Positions 16,460 through 23,881 of a DNA stretch of 49,335 nt are shown here, piece by piece. The first letter of the stretch is position 1. The number at the start of each line of letters is the position of its first letter. The DNA is taken from IMG/VR virus record IMGVR_UViG_3300026116_000052, positions 1-49,335 of that record; one strand, 5' to 3'. The notes under the pieces were generated by a model. That model searched no databases and had not been told where the DNA came from. It was given only the letters and a program-made list of their open reading frames with translations. This DNA is from a virus. The position numbers and the translations under genes are program-made.

Positions 16460-16588
16460 CACGGCCTCCGGTTCGTACACTCGCCCAGGTCGGTGATGAA
16501 GATGTGACCCTCTTCGCCTCGACACCAGACGGTGTAGTGACCGAAGATGACGTCGTCGAACTCTCGCCAGATGGTGACGATGTTCGGA
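16459..16588 (-). CDS. Coding-like segment (about 42 codons) with unresolved start
   Basis: IVTIWREFDDVIFGHYTVWCRGEEGHIFITDLGECTNRRP. About 85% G/C at third positions. It ends in a TGATG overlap with the next gene. There is no ATG/GTG/TTG after the upstream stop (16589-16591), and the nearest in-frame GTG is at 16704. Confidence 0.3.
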
Positions 16589-16990
16589 CTATTCGTACGT
16601 TCCGTCGTAGTAGGGGTTGAGGGACTCCCAGCTTTCCTCTGCGTCTTGGAGACGCCGCTCCCGCTCCCGGAGCCGTGCGCGACTGATGTCGGCAACGACT
16701 TCACCCCTGACGGTGCGCTCCCACGCGAACGTTTCGTCGCCTCGGAGTTCCCTGACGGAGCGCTCTTCTTCGTCGAGCCACTGGGTGGGGCTCCGACCGA
16801 AGTCGCGCCGGTCACCGAGGCCAAGTCCCAGCCAGGGGTCGTTGTGGGTGGAATAGGGCTGGAGCTCGGTGTCGAAGACGGCATCGAGGTGTCCACCGGG
16901 ACACGCATCCCCGAAGAAGTGTTCGGAGTGGGAGAAGCCATCGTGGTCACGAGCAGGAGTCCTCCCGCCGCCGTCGCTGCTGTTGCCCAT
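16589..16990 (-). CDS. Hypothetical protein
   Basis: ATG 16990 lies 6 nt after GAGGAGGG. 133 aa with an acidic/Arg-rich C-terminal helix. Confidence 0.55.
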   Translation of the reverse strand: MGNSSDGGGRTPARDHDGFSHSEHFFGDACPGGHLDAVFDTELQPYSTHNDPWLGLGLGDRRDFGRSPTQWLDEEERSVRELRGDETFAWERTVRGEVVADISRARLRERERRLQDAEESWESLNPYYDGTYE

Positions 16991-17003
16991 GCCAGAGCCC
17001 TCC

Positions 17004-17231
17004 TCACGTGAGGTCCTCAGGCGTGGGCACCGGCTGCAGGAGCTTGCCGCTGACCTCGATGTCCTGCGCTCCCTCCATGTGCATGAAGGGATCGTCCTGT
17101 GCGACGTGGATGTCGTAGCAGAGCGCCTCACCCAGGGTCTTGACGTGCTGGTAGGCTTCGTCCTTGAGGTCCACGTCGTACTGAACCTTCACGATCAAGG
17201 TCAGTTCGATCTTGCCTTTCGTGTCACTCAC
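17004..17231 (-). CDS. Hypothetical protein
   Basis: GTG 17231 is in a GTGA overlap with the upstream stop, after GAAGGAG. 75 aa. Confidence 0.5.
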   Translation of the reverse strand: MSDTKGKIELTLIVKVQYDVDLKDEAYQHVKTLGEALCYDIHVAQDDPFMHMEGAQDIEVSGKLLQPVPTPEDLT

Positions 17232-17452
17232 TTCGTCTCCTTCGTGAAGCTGTAGCACTGCAGGTCGTGGGCGTGGGAGAGCTGTGCACCCATGTTGGTG
17301 ATCGACTGCACATCGAACGTGCACTGCTCCCCGGTCTTGTGCTTGTGGATGACGACGAGGACCTCGCTGCCTTCCTGCAGCAGCTTCAGTGCATCCTCCC
17401 GACACTTCTGCTCGTTGATCACCTTGGGGTTGAACACGTAGAGCTGCCGCAT
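17228..17452 (-). CDS. Hypothetical protein (first gene of a transcription unit)
   Basis: ATG 17452 after AGGAAGGAG. The promoter is 26 nt upstream. Confidence 0.6.
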   Translation of the reverse strand: MRQLYVFNPKVINEQKCREDALKLLQEGSEVLVVIHKHKTGEQCTFDVQSITNMGAQLSHAHDLQCYSFTKETK

Positions 17453-17477
17453 GGCGATGATCTCCTTCCTAAGATCT

Positions 17478-17507
17478 ATTATATAGAGGTCCCTAGGGGG
17501 AACTCAA
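17478..17507 (-). promoter_or_regulatory. sigma70/HrdB-type promoter (TTGAGT-N18-TATAAT)
   Basis: The minus strand reads cTTGAGTtccccctagggacctctaTATAATAGAtc. Confidence 0.65.
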
Positions 17508-17510
17508 GAC

Positions 17511-17594
17511 TCACTTTCTTCGAAGCTCGTCAACCCAAAGGAGGGCGTAGGCGACCACCATCACTACTAGTCCGGCGATCGCCCACCACGGCAT
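17511..17594 (-). CDS. Micro-ORF, 27-aa single-pass membrane peptide
   Basis: MPWWAIAGLVVMVVAYALLWVDELRRK. It starts 8 nt after the upstream stop. The RBS is weak. Confidence 0.3.
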   Translation of the reverse strand: MPWWAIAGLVVMVVAYALLWVDELRRK

Positions 17595-17602
17595 CCCGTC
17601 GA

Positions 17603-18133
17603 TCACGCCTGCGGGTTGTCCTTGAGCTTGCGAGTGCCGAGCTTCTTCGGCTGGCCCGAGGTGTCAGTGTAGAAGTCCGTGCTGAGCTCGATGTCCCAGG
17701 TCTTGCGGAGGTTCTCGTGGAGGTGGCAGAACTTGGACCAGTCGATCAGGGCGTCCAGGCTGATCGACTCGGCCTCTTCGGTCTTCGACTGATACACGAT
17801 CGACTGGAACGCCTGCTCGTAGCCGGCCGGATACTTGACCTGCTTCGGCTCCGCTGCCTTGGCCTGAGCGAAGTGCTCGCCGAGCAGAGCTCGCCAGTAA
17901 GCGACCTGGGTGTAGTCGACCTCGATCTTCGACAGCCAACGCCTACCGATCCACGCCGAGCCTGTCGGAACGTACTGCGCCCACGCATCCCACATCACCT
18001 CGGCCTTGTCGAACCGCTCGCGACGCTTGTTCCTGTCGAGCCCTTCCGCTCCCAGGACCAGTGCTCGGTACTCGTTGTACAGGTGCTTGAACAGGGTGAA
18101 CTCGAAGTCACCCTCCTGCAGTACCTCTCCCAT
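17603..18133 (-). CDS. Hypothetical protein
   Basis: 176-aa ORF. TAATG coupling with the helicase stop. Confidence 0.6.
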   Translation of the reverse strand: MGEVLQEGDFEFTLFKHLYNEYRALVLGAEGLDRNKRRERFDKAEVMWDAWAQYVPTGSAWIGRRWLSKIEVDYTQVAYWRALLGEHFAQAKAAEPKQVKYPAGYEQAFQSIVYQSKTEEAESISLDALIDWSKFCHLHENLRKTWDIELSTDFYTDTSGQPKKLGTRKLKDNPQA

Positions 18134-19779
18134 TAGTTTCCCAACTCCTTTGCGATCTGTTCCAACAGTGACAGGTTGCGGTGGTCACGGATTGCCTGGC
18201 GCTGGTAGTCGAACACCTTGTCGCCCAGCATCTTCTGGATGTTCGTCCACTTCATGTTGATGCCCTGCACTCGGCCGAAGTCCAGGGTGTTCCGTGCCAT
18301 GATGTCGTAGACGTTGACGGGGTTGACTTGACCGAGACGGTGCAGACGATCCTCTGCTTGGAGGTTGAATGCTGGGTTCCAAGCACGGTCGAAGAAGAAG
18401 ACGTCCGAGCCTGCAGTCAGTGTGATACCGATACCACCTGCCGCAATGGTGCCCGTGAAGACCTTCAGCTTGCCTGCTTGGAAGTCCCTAATCATCTGCC
18501 CGCGCTGGTCCTTGGTAGCGTCCCCAGTGAGCATGGCGTGTGGTATTCCAGCTGCTTTGAGTCGTGCTGCGAATAGGTAGTTCATGGTCTTGAACTGACT
18601 AAAGAACACCAGTGGCTTGTCGTCCGTATTGTCGATCACTTCCATCGCAGCGTCCAGCTTGGACGAAGGATCGTTGAGGAGGTACGCGATGTAGTTGACA
18701 AGGTTCCACTTGTGGTAGCGTGGGTCCTTCTCCGGGTACTGTCCTGCCTTATCAGGGTAGTGGAAGTCCCAACGCGCCCGCCACTCTTCCCACTCCTTGT
18801 TCAACTTCCTCTTCGTACGCTCCTCGGTCCTGATCGAAGCGAGGGCGAACTGCTGAAGACGGACGAGACGAGTGATGGCAGCTGGTGCGGCGATCGCTTG
18901 TGGGTCCTGCTCACCGACCCACGTGAGCATATCCTTCCGCATCTCGTCGTAGGCGCGACGCTGTTGCGGGGAGAGGTCCACCCAGAGCGTACTGTACCGC
19001 TTCGGCGGGAGGTCCTTGGCGACTTCGATCTTCCGTCGACGAATGAAGAACGGACGCAGCTCCTGGTGCAGCTGAGGTAGCTGGTGCTCCTGTACGCCCA
19101 GCACCTTGTAGTAGCCGTCGACGGGGTCGATACGATAGTCGACGTACTTCTTGTAGAAGTTCCAGTACGACCTGAACTCGTTGGGGTACAACCAGTTGAG
19201 GATCGACCAGAGGTCGTGCGGCTTGTTGTCTGCAGGCGTGCCTGACATGCCGGTCTTGTAGAACGTCTTCAGCTGCTTGAGACAGACCGTCATCTTCGCC
19301 TTGCGGTTCTTGATCCTATGGATCTCGTCACCGACGATGTGGAACCACTTGACGGGTCGCACCGCGTCGTGGATGAGCCGCAGAGCATCCCAGTGCATGA
19401 TGTAGATGTCAGCCGACTTGTTCTCCACTGCCTCAACGAATGCGCCACGCCGCTTCGGGTCGAGAGAGACCACGCGCAGGTGAGGAAGTGCCTCTGCGTA
19501 CGTGTCTTCCCAGGCAGGCACGACGGACATGTTGGTGAGGATGAGAGACGGTCGCCACGGCCTACTCGGGTCGCCACGACCTTCCAGCTGCGAAGAGGTC
19601 CAGCCGTAGTTGTCTTTCTTGCGACGCTCCCAGTCGAGAGCCAAGGCCTCGTACGTCTTGCCGAGACCCATGTCGTCACCGATCAGGACATTGCGTACGT
19701 CCTTACGGTGCACGAAGCGATCGATCACGTCCTGCTGGAAGCTGAGGAGCTTGTAGCGTTCGAGGTCAGTTGTGGTCAT
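18133..19779 (-). CDS. SNF2-family DEAD/H helicase/translocase
   Basis: Motif I LIGDDMGLGKT, motif II VGDEIHRIKN, and C-terminal FFFDRAWNPAFNLQAEDRLHRLGQ. Confidence 0.8.
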   Translation of the reverse strand: MTTTDLERYKLLSFQQDVIDRFVHRKDVRNVLIGDDMGLGKTYEALALDWERRKKDNYGWTSSQLEGRGDPSRPWRPSLILTNMSVVPAWEDTYAEALPHLRVVSLDPKRRGAFVEAVENKSADIYIMHWDALRLIHDAVRPVKWFHIVGDEIHRIKNRKAKMTVCLKQLKTFYKTGMSGTPADNKPHDLWSILNWLYPNEFRSYWNFYKKYVDYRIDPVDGYYKVLGVQEHQLPQLHQELRPFFIRRRKIEVAKDLPPKRYSTLWVDLSPQQRRAYDEMRKDMLTWVGEQDPQAIAAPAAITRLVRLQQFALASIRTEERTKRKLNKEWEEWRARWDFHYPDKAGQYPEKDPRYHKWNLVNYIAYLLNDPSSKLDAAMEVIDNTDDKPLVFFSQFKTMNYLFAARLKAAGIPHAMLTGDATKDQRGQMIRDFQAGKLKVFTGTIAAGGIGITLTAGSDVFFFDRAWNPAFNLQAEDRLHRLGQVNPVNVYDIMARNTLDFGRVQGINMKWTNIQKMLGDKVFDYQRQAIRDHRNLSLLEQIAKELGN

Positions 19780-20197
19780 GCTCGCCACCGTTGAGCAACG
19801 CCGCCAGACCCTTCTCGTCCAGCTCGGTGCAGTTGCACTGGCGGAGCTTCCTGTAGACGCCCTCCTCAGCCATGTGCACACCGAACATGATCAGGCTGGT
19901 GAACATCTTCCAGAGCATGTCGTGCTGGATGCTGTCGAGGTCCAGGTCGACGTTCTCGGTGTCGATGCCCTCCGCTTCCGCCTTGTCGAAGATCGCCCTG
20001 GCCTCGGCGTCACGCTGGGCAATGAAGGCCTGGTGGTAGTAGACGTGACAGAACGTCAGCAGCCCGTGCGGTGCGTGGAAGGGGATGTCTCCTGCTTCCA
20101 TCTGCTGCTGGAGCTTCGAGCCGTACTCCATCATGAAGTCCTCGAGTGTCTCGAGATCCTTCAGAGCGTAGTCCGCCTCTTCATCGCTGATCGCCAT
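19766..20197 (-). CDS. Hypothetical acidic protein
   Basis: 143-aa ORF with good codon bias. Confidence 0.6.
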   Translation of the reverse strand: MAISDEEADYALKDLETLEDFMMEYGSKLQQQMEAGDIPFHAPHGLLTFCHVYYHQAFIAQRDAEARAIFDKAEAEGIDTENVDLDLDSIQHDMLWKMFTSLIMFGVHMAEEGVYRKLRQCNCTELDEKGLAALLNGGEHDHN

Positions 20198-20390
20198 TCG
20201 CCCTCTCCTGCTCCTTGGCTAGGTGTTGCTTGAGTGGTAGCTCCCCGCACACGTGCAGGTGAACTGGGCAGAGCCACATGATGACCCAGCCGACGTCTTT
20301 CCGTTCCTCGTACTTGATCCGGAGCGACTTATACCCGTGCCGCTTCCTGCAGACGCGACACCACTCGCCTTCGCCCTTGTCGGCTGACAT
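20181..20390 (-). CDS. Small zinc-ribbon-like protein
   Basis: CRVC ... CPVHLHVC. ATG 20390. It overlaps the upstream gene by 62 nt. Confidence 0.45.
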   Translation of the reverse strand: MSADKGEGEWCRVCRKRHGYKSLRIKYEERKDVGWVIMWLCPVHLHVCGELPLKQHLAKEQERANGDQR

Positions 20391-20622
20391 CGAAGGTGGT
20401 GTCCAGGCTGCTCCCTGGAACCGTCTCGTACGACGTCTGAACGGTCTCGGCTCGCGACTGCCTGGCAAGTGATTCACGACGTGCCAGCTCCTTCGCTTTG
20501 TCCTCTTCGAAGTGGCCGCACTTGCAACCGCCGCCTGACGTGTTGCACTGGCACTTGGTAAGCGTCACACCGTCGTAGGTGTAGCCGCCGAGCGTGTAGT
20601 TCCAGACGCGTCGCAGCCTCAC
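20329..20622 (-). CDS. Hypothetical Cys-containing protein
   Basis: GTG 20622 is in a GTGA overlap with the upstream stop. Contains a CQCNTSGGGCKCGH cluster. Confidence 0.45.
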   Translation of the reverse strand: MRLRRVWNYTLGGYTYDGVTLTKCQCNTSGGGCKCGHFEEDKAKELARRESLARQSRAETVQTSYETVPGSSLDTTFDVSRQGRRRVVSRLQEAARV

Positions 20623-20915
20623 GGCAACAACTCGAACGGAACGTCGAGAGCCTCGGCACGCTTCTTCATCCGTGCGATCGCCTTGGCCGCCTCTTCCTCC
20701 TTGGCGATCTCTTCCCGGCGCGCCTTCAGCTTCCGTTCCTCGTCGAGGACCTTCTGCCACTCCTCGCAGTAGATCCACTCGTGGTCCTGGATGACGCAGC
20801 CGCACGGCTCCTCCGTCCTGATGACGTGCGCGAGCCACTGCTTCGCTTCCTCGTCCCGATCGATGTCGAGCCACGCGAGGATGTTGTCGAGCACTGGCGT
20901 TTCCGACTTGCTCAT
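20619..20915 (-). CDS. Hypothetical protein
   Basis: 98 aa. ATGA coupling upstream. K/E-rich helical tail. Confidence 0.6.
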   Translation of the reverse strand: MSKSETPVLDNILAWLDIDRDEEAKQWLAHVIRTEEPCGCVIQDHEWIYCEEWQKVLDEERKLKARREEIAKEEEAAKAIARMKKRAEALDVPFELLP

Positions 20916-21160
20916 CGCTCTGCCCTCTTCGCTCTCGCCTCTGCGAAGACCTTGTCAGCCTCCGCTACCTCGATGACTGGGCGTCCGCAGCACTCGCATG
21001 GTGCCTTCTCGATACGTCCGCTCCTGATGTAGTAGTGCACGAGCTGAGGCTGTTCGCCGATCGCTCTGGCGTACTCACTCACCGACATGTGTGTGACACT
21101 CTCGCGCTTGTCTTTGAGTTCGTCCTCTTCGATCTGCTTCCGCAGCTCGTCGATGTTCAC
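20912..21160 (-). CDS. Helix-turn-helix DNA-binding protein (excisionase/MerR-like layout)
   Basis: GTG 21160 is in a GTGA overlap. MSVSEYARAIGEQPQLVHYYIRSGRI resembles an HTH, followed by CECCGRP. Confidence 0.5.
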   Translation of the reverse strand: MNIDELRKQIEEDELKDKRESVTHMSVSEYARAIGEQPQLVHYYIRSGRIEKAPCECCGRPVIEVAEADKVFAEARAKRAER

Positions 21161-21378
21161 GTCTTGTCCCGAGCGGTGAACTCTTCGTTCAGCCCGAGCT
21201 GCCGTGCGAGTTCCTCGATGACCTTGCCGGCGTACTCGCCCGTGTCTTCGTCTCCCGTCGGCGGTGCGATCGGAAGGTTGAGCGTCGCTCGGACTGCTTC
21301 CGCAAAGCCATCCGCTTCGTCCAGACGGGCTTCGATGTTGTCGAGTGCGAGCTGCATGTCTGCCTTGGTGTTGGCCAT
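21157..21378 (-). CDS. Hypothetical acidic protein (first gene of a transcription unit)
   Basis: ATG 21378 after GGAGGTGAAAGC. The promoter is 22 nt upstream. Confidence 0.55.
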   Translation of the reverse strand: MANTKADMQLALDNIEARLDEADGFAEAVRATLNLPIAPPTGDEDTGEYAGKVIEELARQLGLNEEFTARDKT

Positions 21379-21399
21379 TTGCTTTCACCTCCTACAATA

Positions 21400-21429
21400 A
21401 TTCTATATGAGGTTCGTAGTACACTTCAA
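21400..21429 (-). promoter_or_regulatory. sigma70/HrdB-type promoter (TTGAAG-N18-TAGAAT)
   Basis: The minus strand reads cTTGAAGtgtactacgaacctcataTAGAATtattg. Confidence 0.6.
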
Positions 21430-21600
21430 GCCCACCCCACGGTACCACTTTGAGCTCTTGCTTGTGGGCTGAGCTGGGGTCTCTATGTTGTCTAACCAGT
21501 TGAGACTCAACAAAGACCAGAGGACCGCCTAGCCTTAACCCCCTAAATGACCCCGCAAGATCCTTTGGAGTTAGACTCTAAGCGAGACTCTGGTCAATGT

Positions 21601-22284
21601 TCAATCACCCTTGGTGAAGTCCGGAAGCTTGAGGAGACTGTCGGCCGCCGCCTCGGGGACCAGCTCGTGCGTCTGCAACAACCTGTTCCTGAACCGCTCG
21701 GGTACCTTGCCACCGAACCAGACGTTGTGGCTCACGAGGCACTTCGCTTCGAGGTCGTTGACCGGCTGGAAGACGAAGCGGCGACCACCGTAGCCGAGAC
21801 CGGCTCGCTCGCCCTTGACGTGGCCCTTCTCGTTGAGGGAAGGCTCCTTGCCGATGCCGTAGAGGTTCCAGTCCTGGTCGATGACGTTCGGGTCGGTGTC
21901 CTGTCGGCGGATCCGATCGAGCCAGACGTTGCAGTGCATACACTCCTCGATCCGCTTGAGGTGTGCACCGTGCGACCACTGGCTGGGCTCTTCCTCCCGC
22001 CCGCACTCCTTGCACGTGAACGTCGTCTCGTGGCCGAGGAACTTGTACACGTCGCCGACCGACTGGATGTCGGCACGGGAGAAGTCGACGGGCACGTAGC
22101 CATTGCGTGCAGCATTCAGTGCCTCGTAGGTGAGGGCACCATCCTCCCACGTGTAGACCTGAACCTTTTCCCCCTTGGGCACACAGCGGCCGTTGAGGGA
22201 GACGACCCAGCTGCCGCTCGTGTAGCGTCCGTGACTCGGGTGCGGCTTGTTGTAGTAGTCGTTACGCTTCGGTCCGTCAGTCAT
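21601..22284 (-). CDS. Hypothetical protein with zinc-ribbon (CKEC...CMHC)
   Basis: 227-aa ORF with good codon bias. No family recognised. Confidence 0.6.
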   Translation of the reverse strand: MTDGPKRNDYYNKPHPSHGRYTSGSWVVSLNGRCVPKGEKVQVYTWEDGALTYEALNAARNGYVPVDFSRADIQSVGDVYKFLGHETTFTCKECGREEEPSQWSHGAHLKRIEECMHCNVWLDRIRRQDTDPNVIDQDWNLYGIGKEPSLNEKGHVKGERAGLGYGGRRFVFQPVNDLEAKCLVSHNVWFGGKVPERFRNRLLQTHELVPEAAADSLLKLPDFTKGD

Positions 22285-22423
22285 CCTTGAACACCTCCTT
22301 CAGGATTGTTCTGATCTGGTCTTCGACCACCCTCACTCGGTATGCGAAGGCGAGTGCCGTGATCAGGGATGCCAGGCAGAGTGCCGAGCCGATGACGAGT
22401 GCGAGGATGCCCAAGTCACTCAT
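22277..22423 (-). CDS. Small membrane protein (48 aa)
   Basis: MSDLGILALVIGSALCLASLITALAFAY... ATGA coupling with the upstream micro-ORF. Confidence 0.45.
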   Translation of the reverse strand: MSDLGILALVIGSALCLASLITALAFAYRVRVVEDQIRTILKEVFKDD

Positions 22424-22542
22424 GATGCCACCCAGACGAAGATCAGGGCAGCCAGCGGGATGGCCATGCAGAAGCCGAAGGCTGCCCACATGCTGACTGA
22501 CCACCACCGCTGGATGCCCCTACCGTACCACTGCTTGGGCAT
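22420..22542 (-). CDS. Micro-ORF, 40-aa membrane peptide
   Basis: MPKQWYGRGIQRWWSVSMWAAFGFCMAIPLAALIFVWVAS. ATG lies 6 nt after GGGAGG and 2 nt after the upstream stop. Confidence 0.4.
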   Translation of the reverse strand: MPKQWYGRGIQRWWSVSMWAAFGFCMAIPLAALIFVWVAS

Positions 22543-22544
22543 TG

Positions 22545-22865
22545 CTACCTCCCTCGGATCTCCCCGTGCGTGGTGTTGAAGGCCTGCTCGCCGGCGAAGT
22601 TGGCCGCCTTGATCATCGCCTCAGCCTCGGCGTCCGAGCGGGGGATGACGAACTGCTTGGGACCCTTCGAGAAGGTATCGGGGTCCGGGATCGAACCGTC
22701 GGGGTTGATCTGGACGAACCACGGCGTCTCGAACCACCTGCACAAGGGGTTCTCGCACGTGAGCTTCACGGCGGTCACACCCCGCTTGGCTGTCGGCACT
22801 CGTCCGTCTTCACGACCGGCGTTGCTGCACTTGGGGCAGCAGCGTGCCTCTTCCCACGTTGCCAT
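22545..22865 (-). CDS. Zinc-ribbon protein
   Basis: CCPKC ... CENPLC. 106 aa. ATGA coupling upstream. Confidence 0.6.
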   Translation of the reverse strand: MATWEEARCCPKCSNAGREDGRVPTAKRGVTAVKLTCENPLCRWFETPWFVQINPDGSIPDPDTFSKGPKQFVIPRSDAEAEAMIKAANFAGEQAFNTTHGEIRGR

Positions 22866-23371
22866 CAGACCTCCTGCTTGACGACGACATGACCACTGTG
22901 CGTGTGGTCTGTCGTGCTCTCGTAGTTGTCCTTCGCAGGAGCCAGCTTGTTGACGAACGCCACCAGCTCCGGGAACATCTTCTCCAGCTCGCCGATGCGT
23001 CGCTGCATGTCACCGACCTGACCGCGGAGGGTCTCCAGCTCCCGGTCACGCTGCGAACGCTTCGGTGCCTTCTCCCGGAACAACTCCGGCGTCGGCTTCT
23101 TCACCAGCTCCCACTGCGAGGGGCTGTTCCCACCACCTCGCTGCAGCTGCCGCACACACTCCATCCTCACCAGGTGCGTACGCACACTCGTGTAGTACGG
23201 CGTCGGCAGGTTGAGTTCGTCGCCTAGGAGGCGAGTGAGGAACCCCTCCCAGACCAGCATGCGCTTTCCCTCCGACTCACGCACCCCAGCCTGCGCGCGC
23301 ATGGTCTCGTACGCCCGCAGGCAGTGGTTGTAGATCGCCGGCAACGGCGGCTGCTCTTCGATGTCAGGCAT
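22865..23371 (-). CDS. Hypothetical protein, possibly winged-helix plus coiled coil (first gene of a transcription unit)
   Basis: 168 aa. ATG 23371 after GAAGGAGG. The promoter is 27 nt upstream. Confidence 0.6.
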   Translation of the reverse strand: MPDIEEQPPLPAIYNHCLRAYETMRAQAGVRESEGKRMLVWEGFLTRLLGDELNLPTPYYTSVRTHLVRMECVRQLQRGGGNSPSQWELVKKPTPELFREKAPKRSQRDRELETLRGQVGDMQRRIGELEKMFPELVAFVNKLAPAKDNYESTTDHTHSGHVVVKQEV

Positions 23372-23397
23372 TGTGCACCTCCTTCAGTGTTGTATCT

Positions 23398-23427
23398 ATT
23401 ATATAGTATGCCCTAAGTGGAACACAA
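23398..23427 (-). promoter_or_regulatory. sigma70/HrdB-type promoter (TTGTGT-N18-TATAAT)
   Basis: The minus strand reads cTTGTGTtccacttagggcatactaTATAATAGAtac. Confidence 0.65.
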
Positions 23428-23539
23428 GGGGCAAAAGCTAACGGCAGAGACCACACGCCCCTGAGTAAGTGTCGGATGCAGTTGCAGCTGCACGGGGGTA
23501 CCGACACTAGGGGGAGAGGGCGCGTGGCCTCTACCAGTA

Positions 23540-23638
23540 AGGTAGGAGGAATCGAACCTCGCGCAGTGGGAGTGTGCGCACACCCAAACCGCTACGCGCC
23601 TGCAGTGCCGGTATGGTATCCAAACACACTGCCTACCT
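23540..23638 (-). ncRNA. tRNA-like fragment (T-loop GGTTCGATTCC with flanking acceptor-like pairing); not a canonical tRNA
   Basis: The minus strand has AGG-TTCGATT-CCT followed by CCTACCT, which pairs with AGGTAGG 99 nt upstream. I could not fold a D arm or anticodon arm. Confidence 0.2.
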
Positions 23639-23838
23639 GTCCCAGCTGCTAGCCCTACTGACAGTAACTGCACCTCTGAAGGCAACGACGAAGCGCGCAC
23701 GACTAACAAGGTGACGACTGCTTTCAGGACGTAGCTGCGTAGCCTGGAGGGTTCCGATGAGGTGCAACTCCCGACGGATGATGACGACACCCGCTGCACC
23801 TATCCTCTTACGCCCACGAAGGGGCCAGGCCGCCGAGT

Positions 23839-23862
23839 CCGGGTGTTATCGGGAACACCCGG
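23839..23862 (-). terminator. Hairpin downstream of gene 23882-24556
   Basis: 9-bp perfect stem CCGGGTGTT / AACACCCGG with a 6-nt loop, 20 nt after the stop. There is no U-tract. Confidence 0.5.
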
Positions 23863-23881
23863 ACGCTCGGGGTGGTGGGAG

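Noticed and set aside
23540-23638. A bona fide tRNA gene, or an attP core derived from a host tRNA
   Set aside because: Only a T-loop-like motif is present. The acceptor pairing overlaps the T-stem and no D or anticodon arm can be drawn. No integrase is present anywhere in the genome to use an attP. It is kept only as a low-confidence tRNA-like fragment.
23413-23799. 128-aa minus-strand ORF in the 23.4-23.9 kb gap
   Set aside because: The composition is not protein-like (S/R/C/V-rich) and there is no RBS. It spans a promoter and hairpins, so I treat the region as non-coding or structured RNA.
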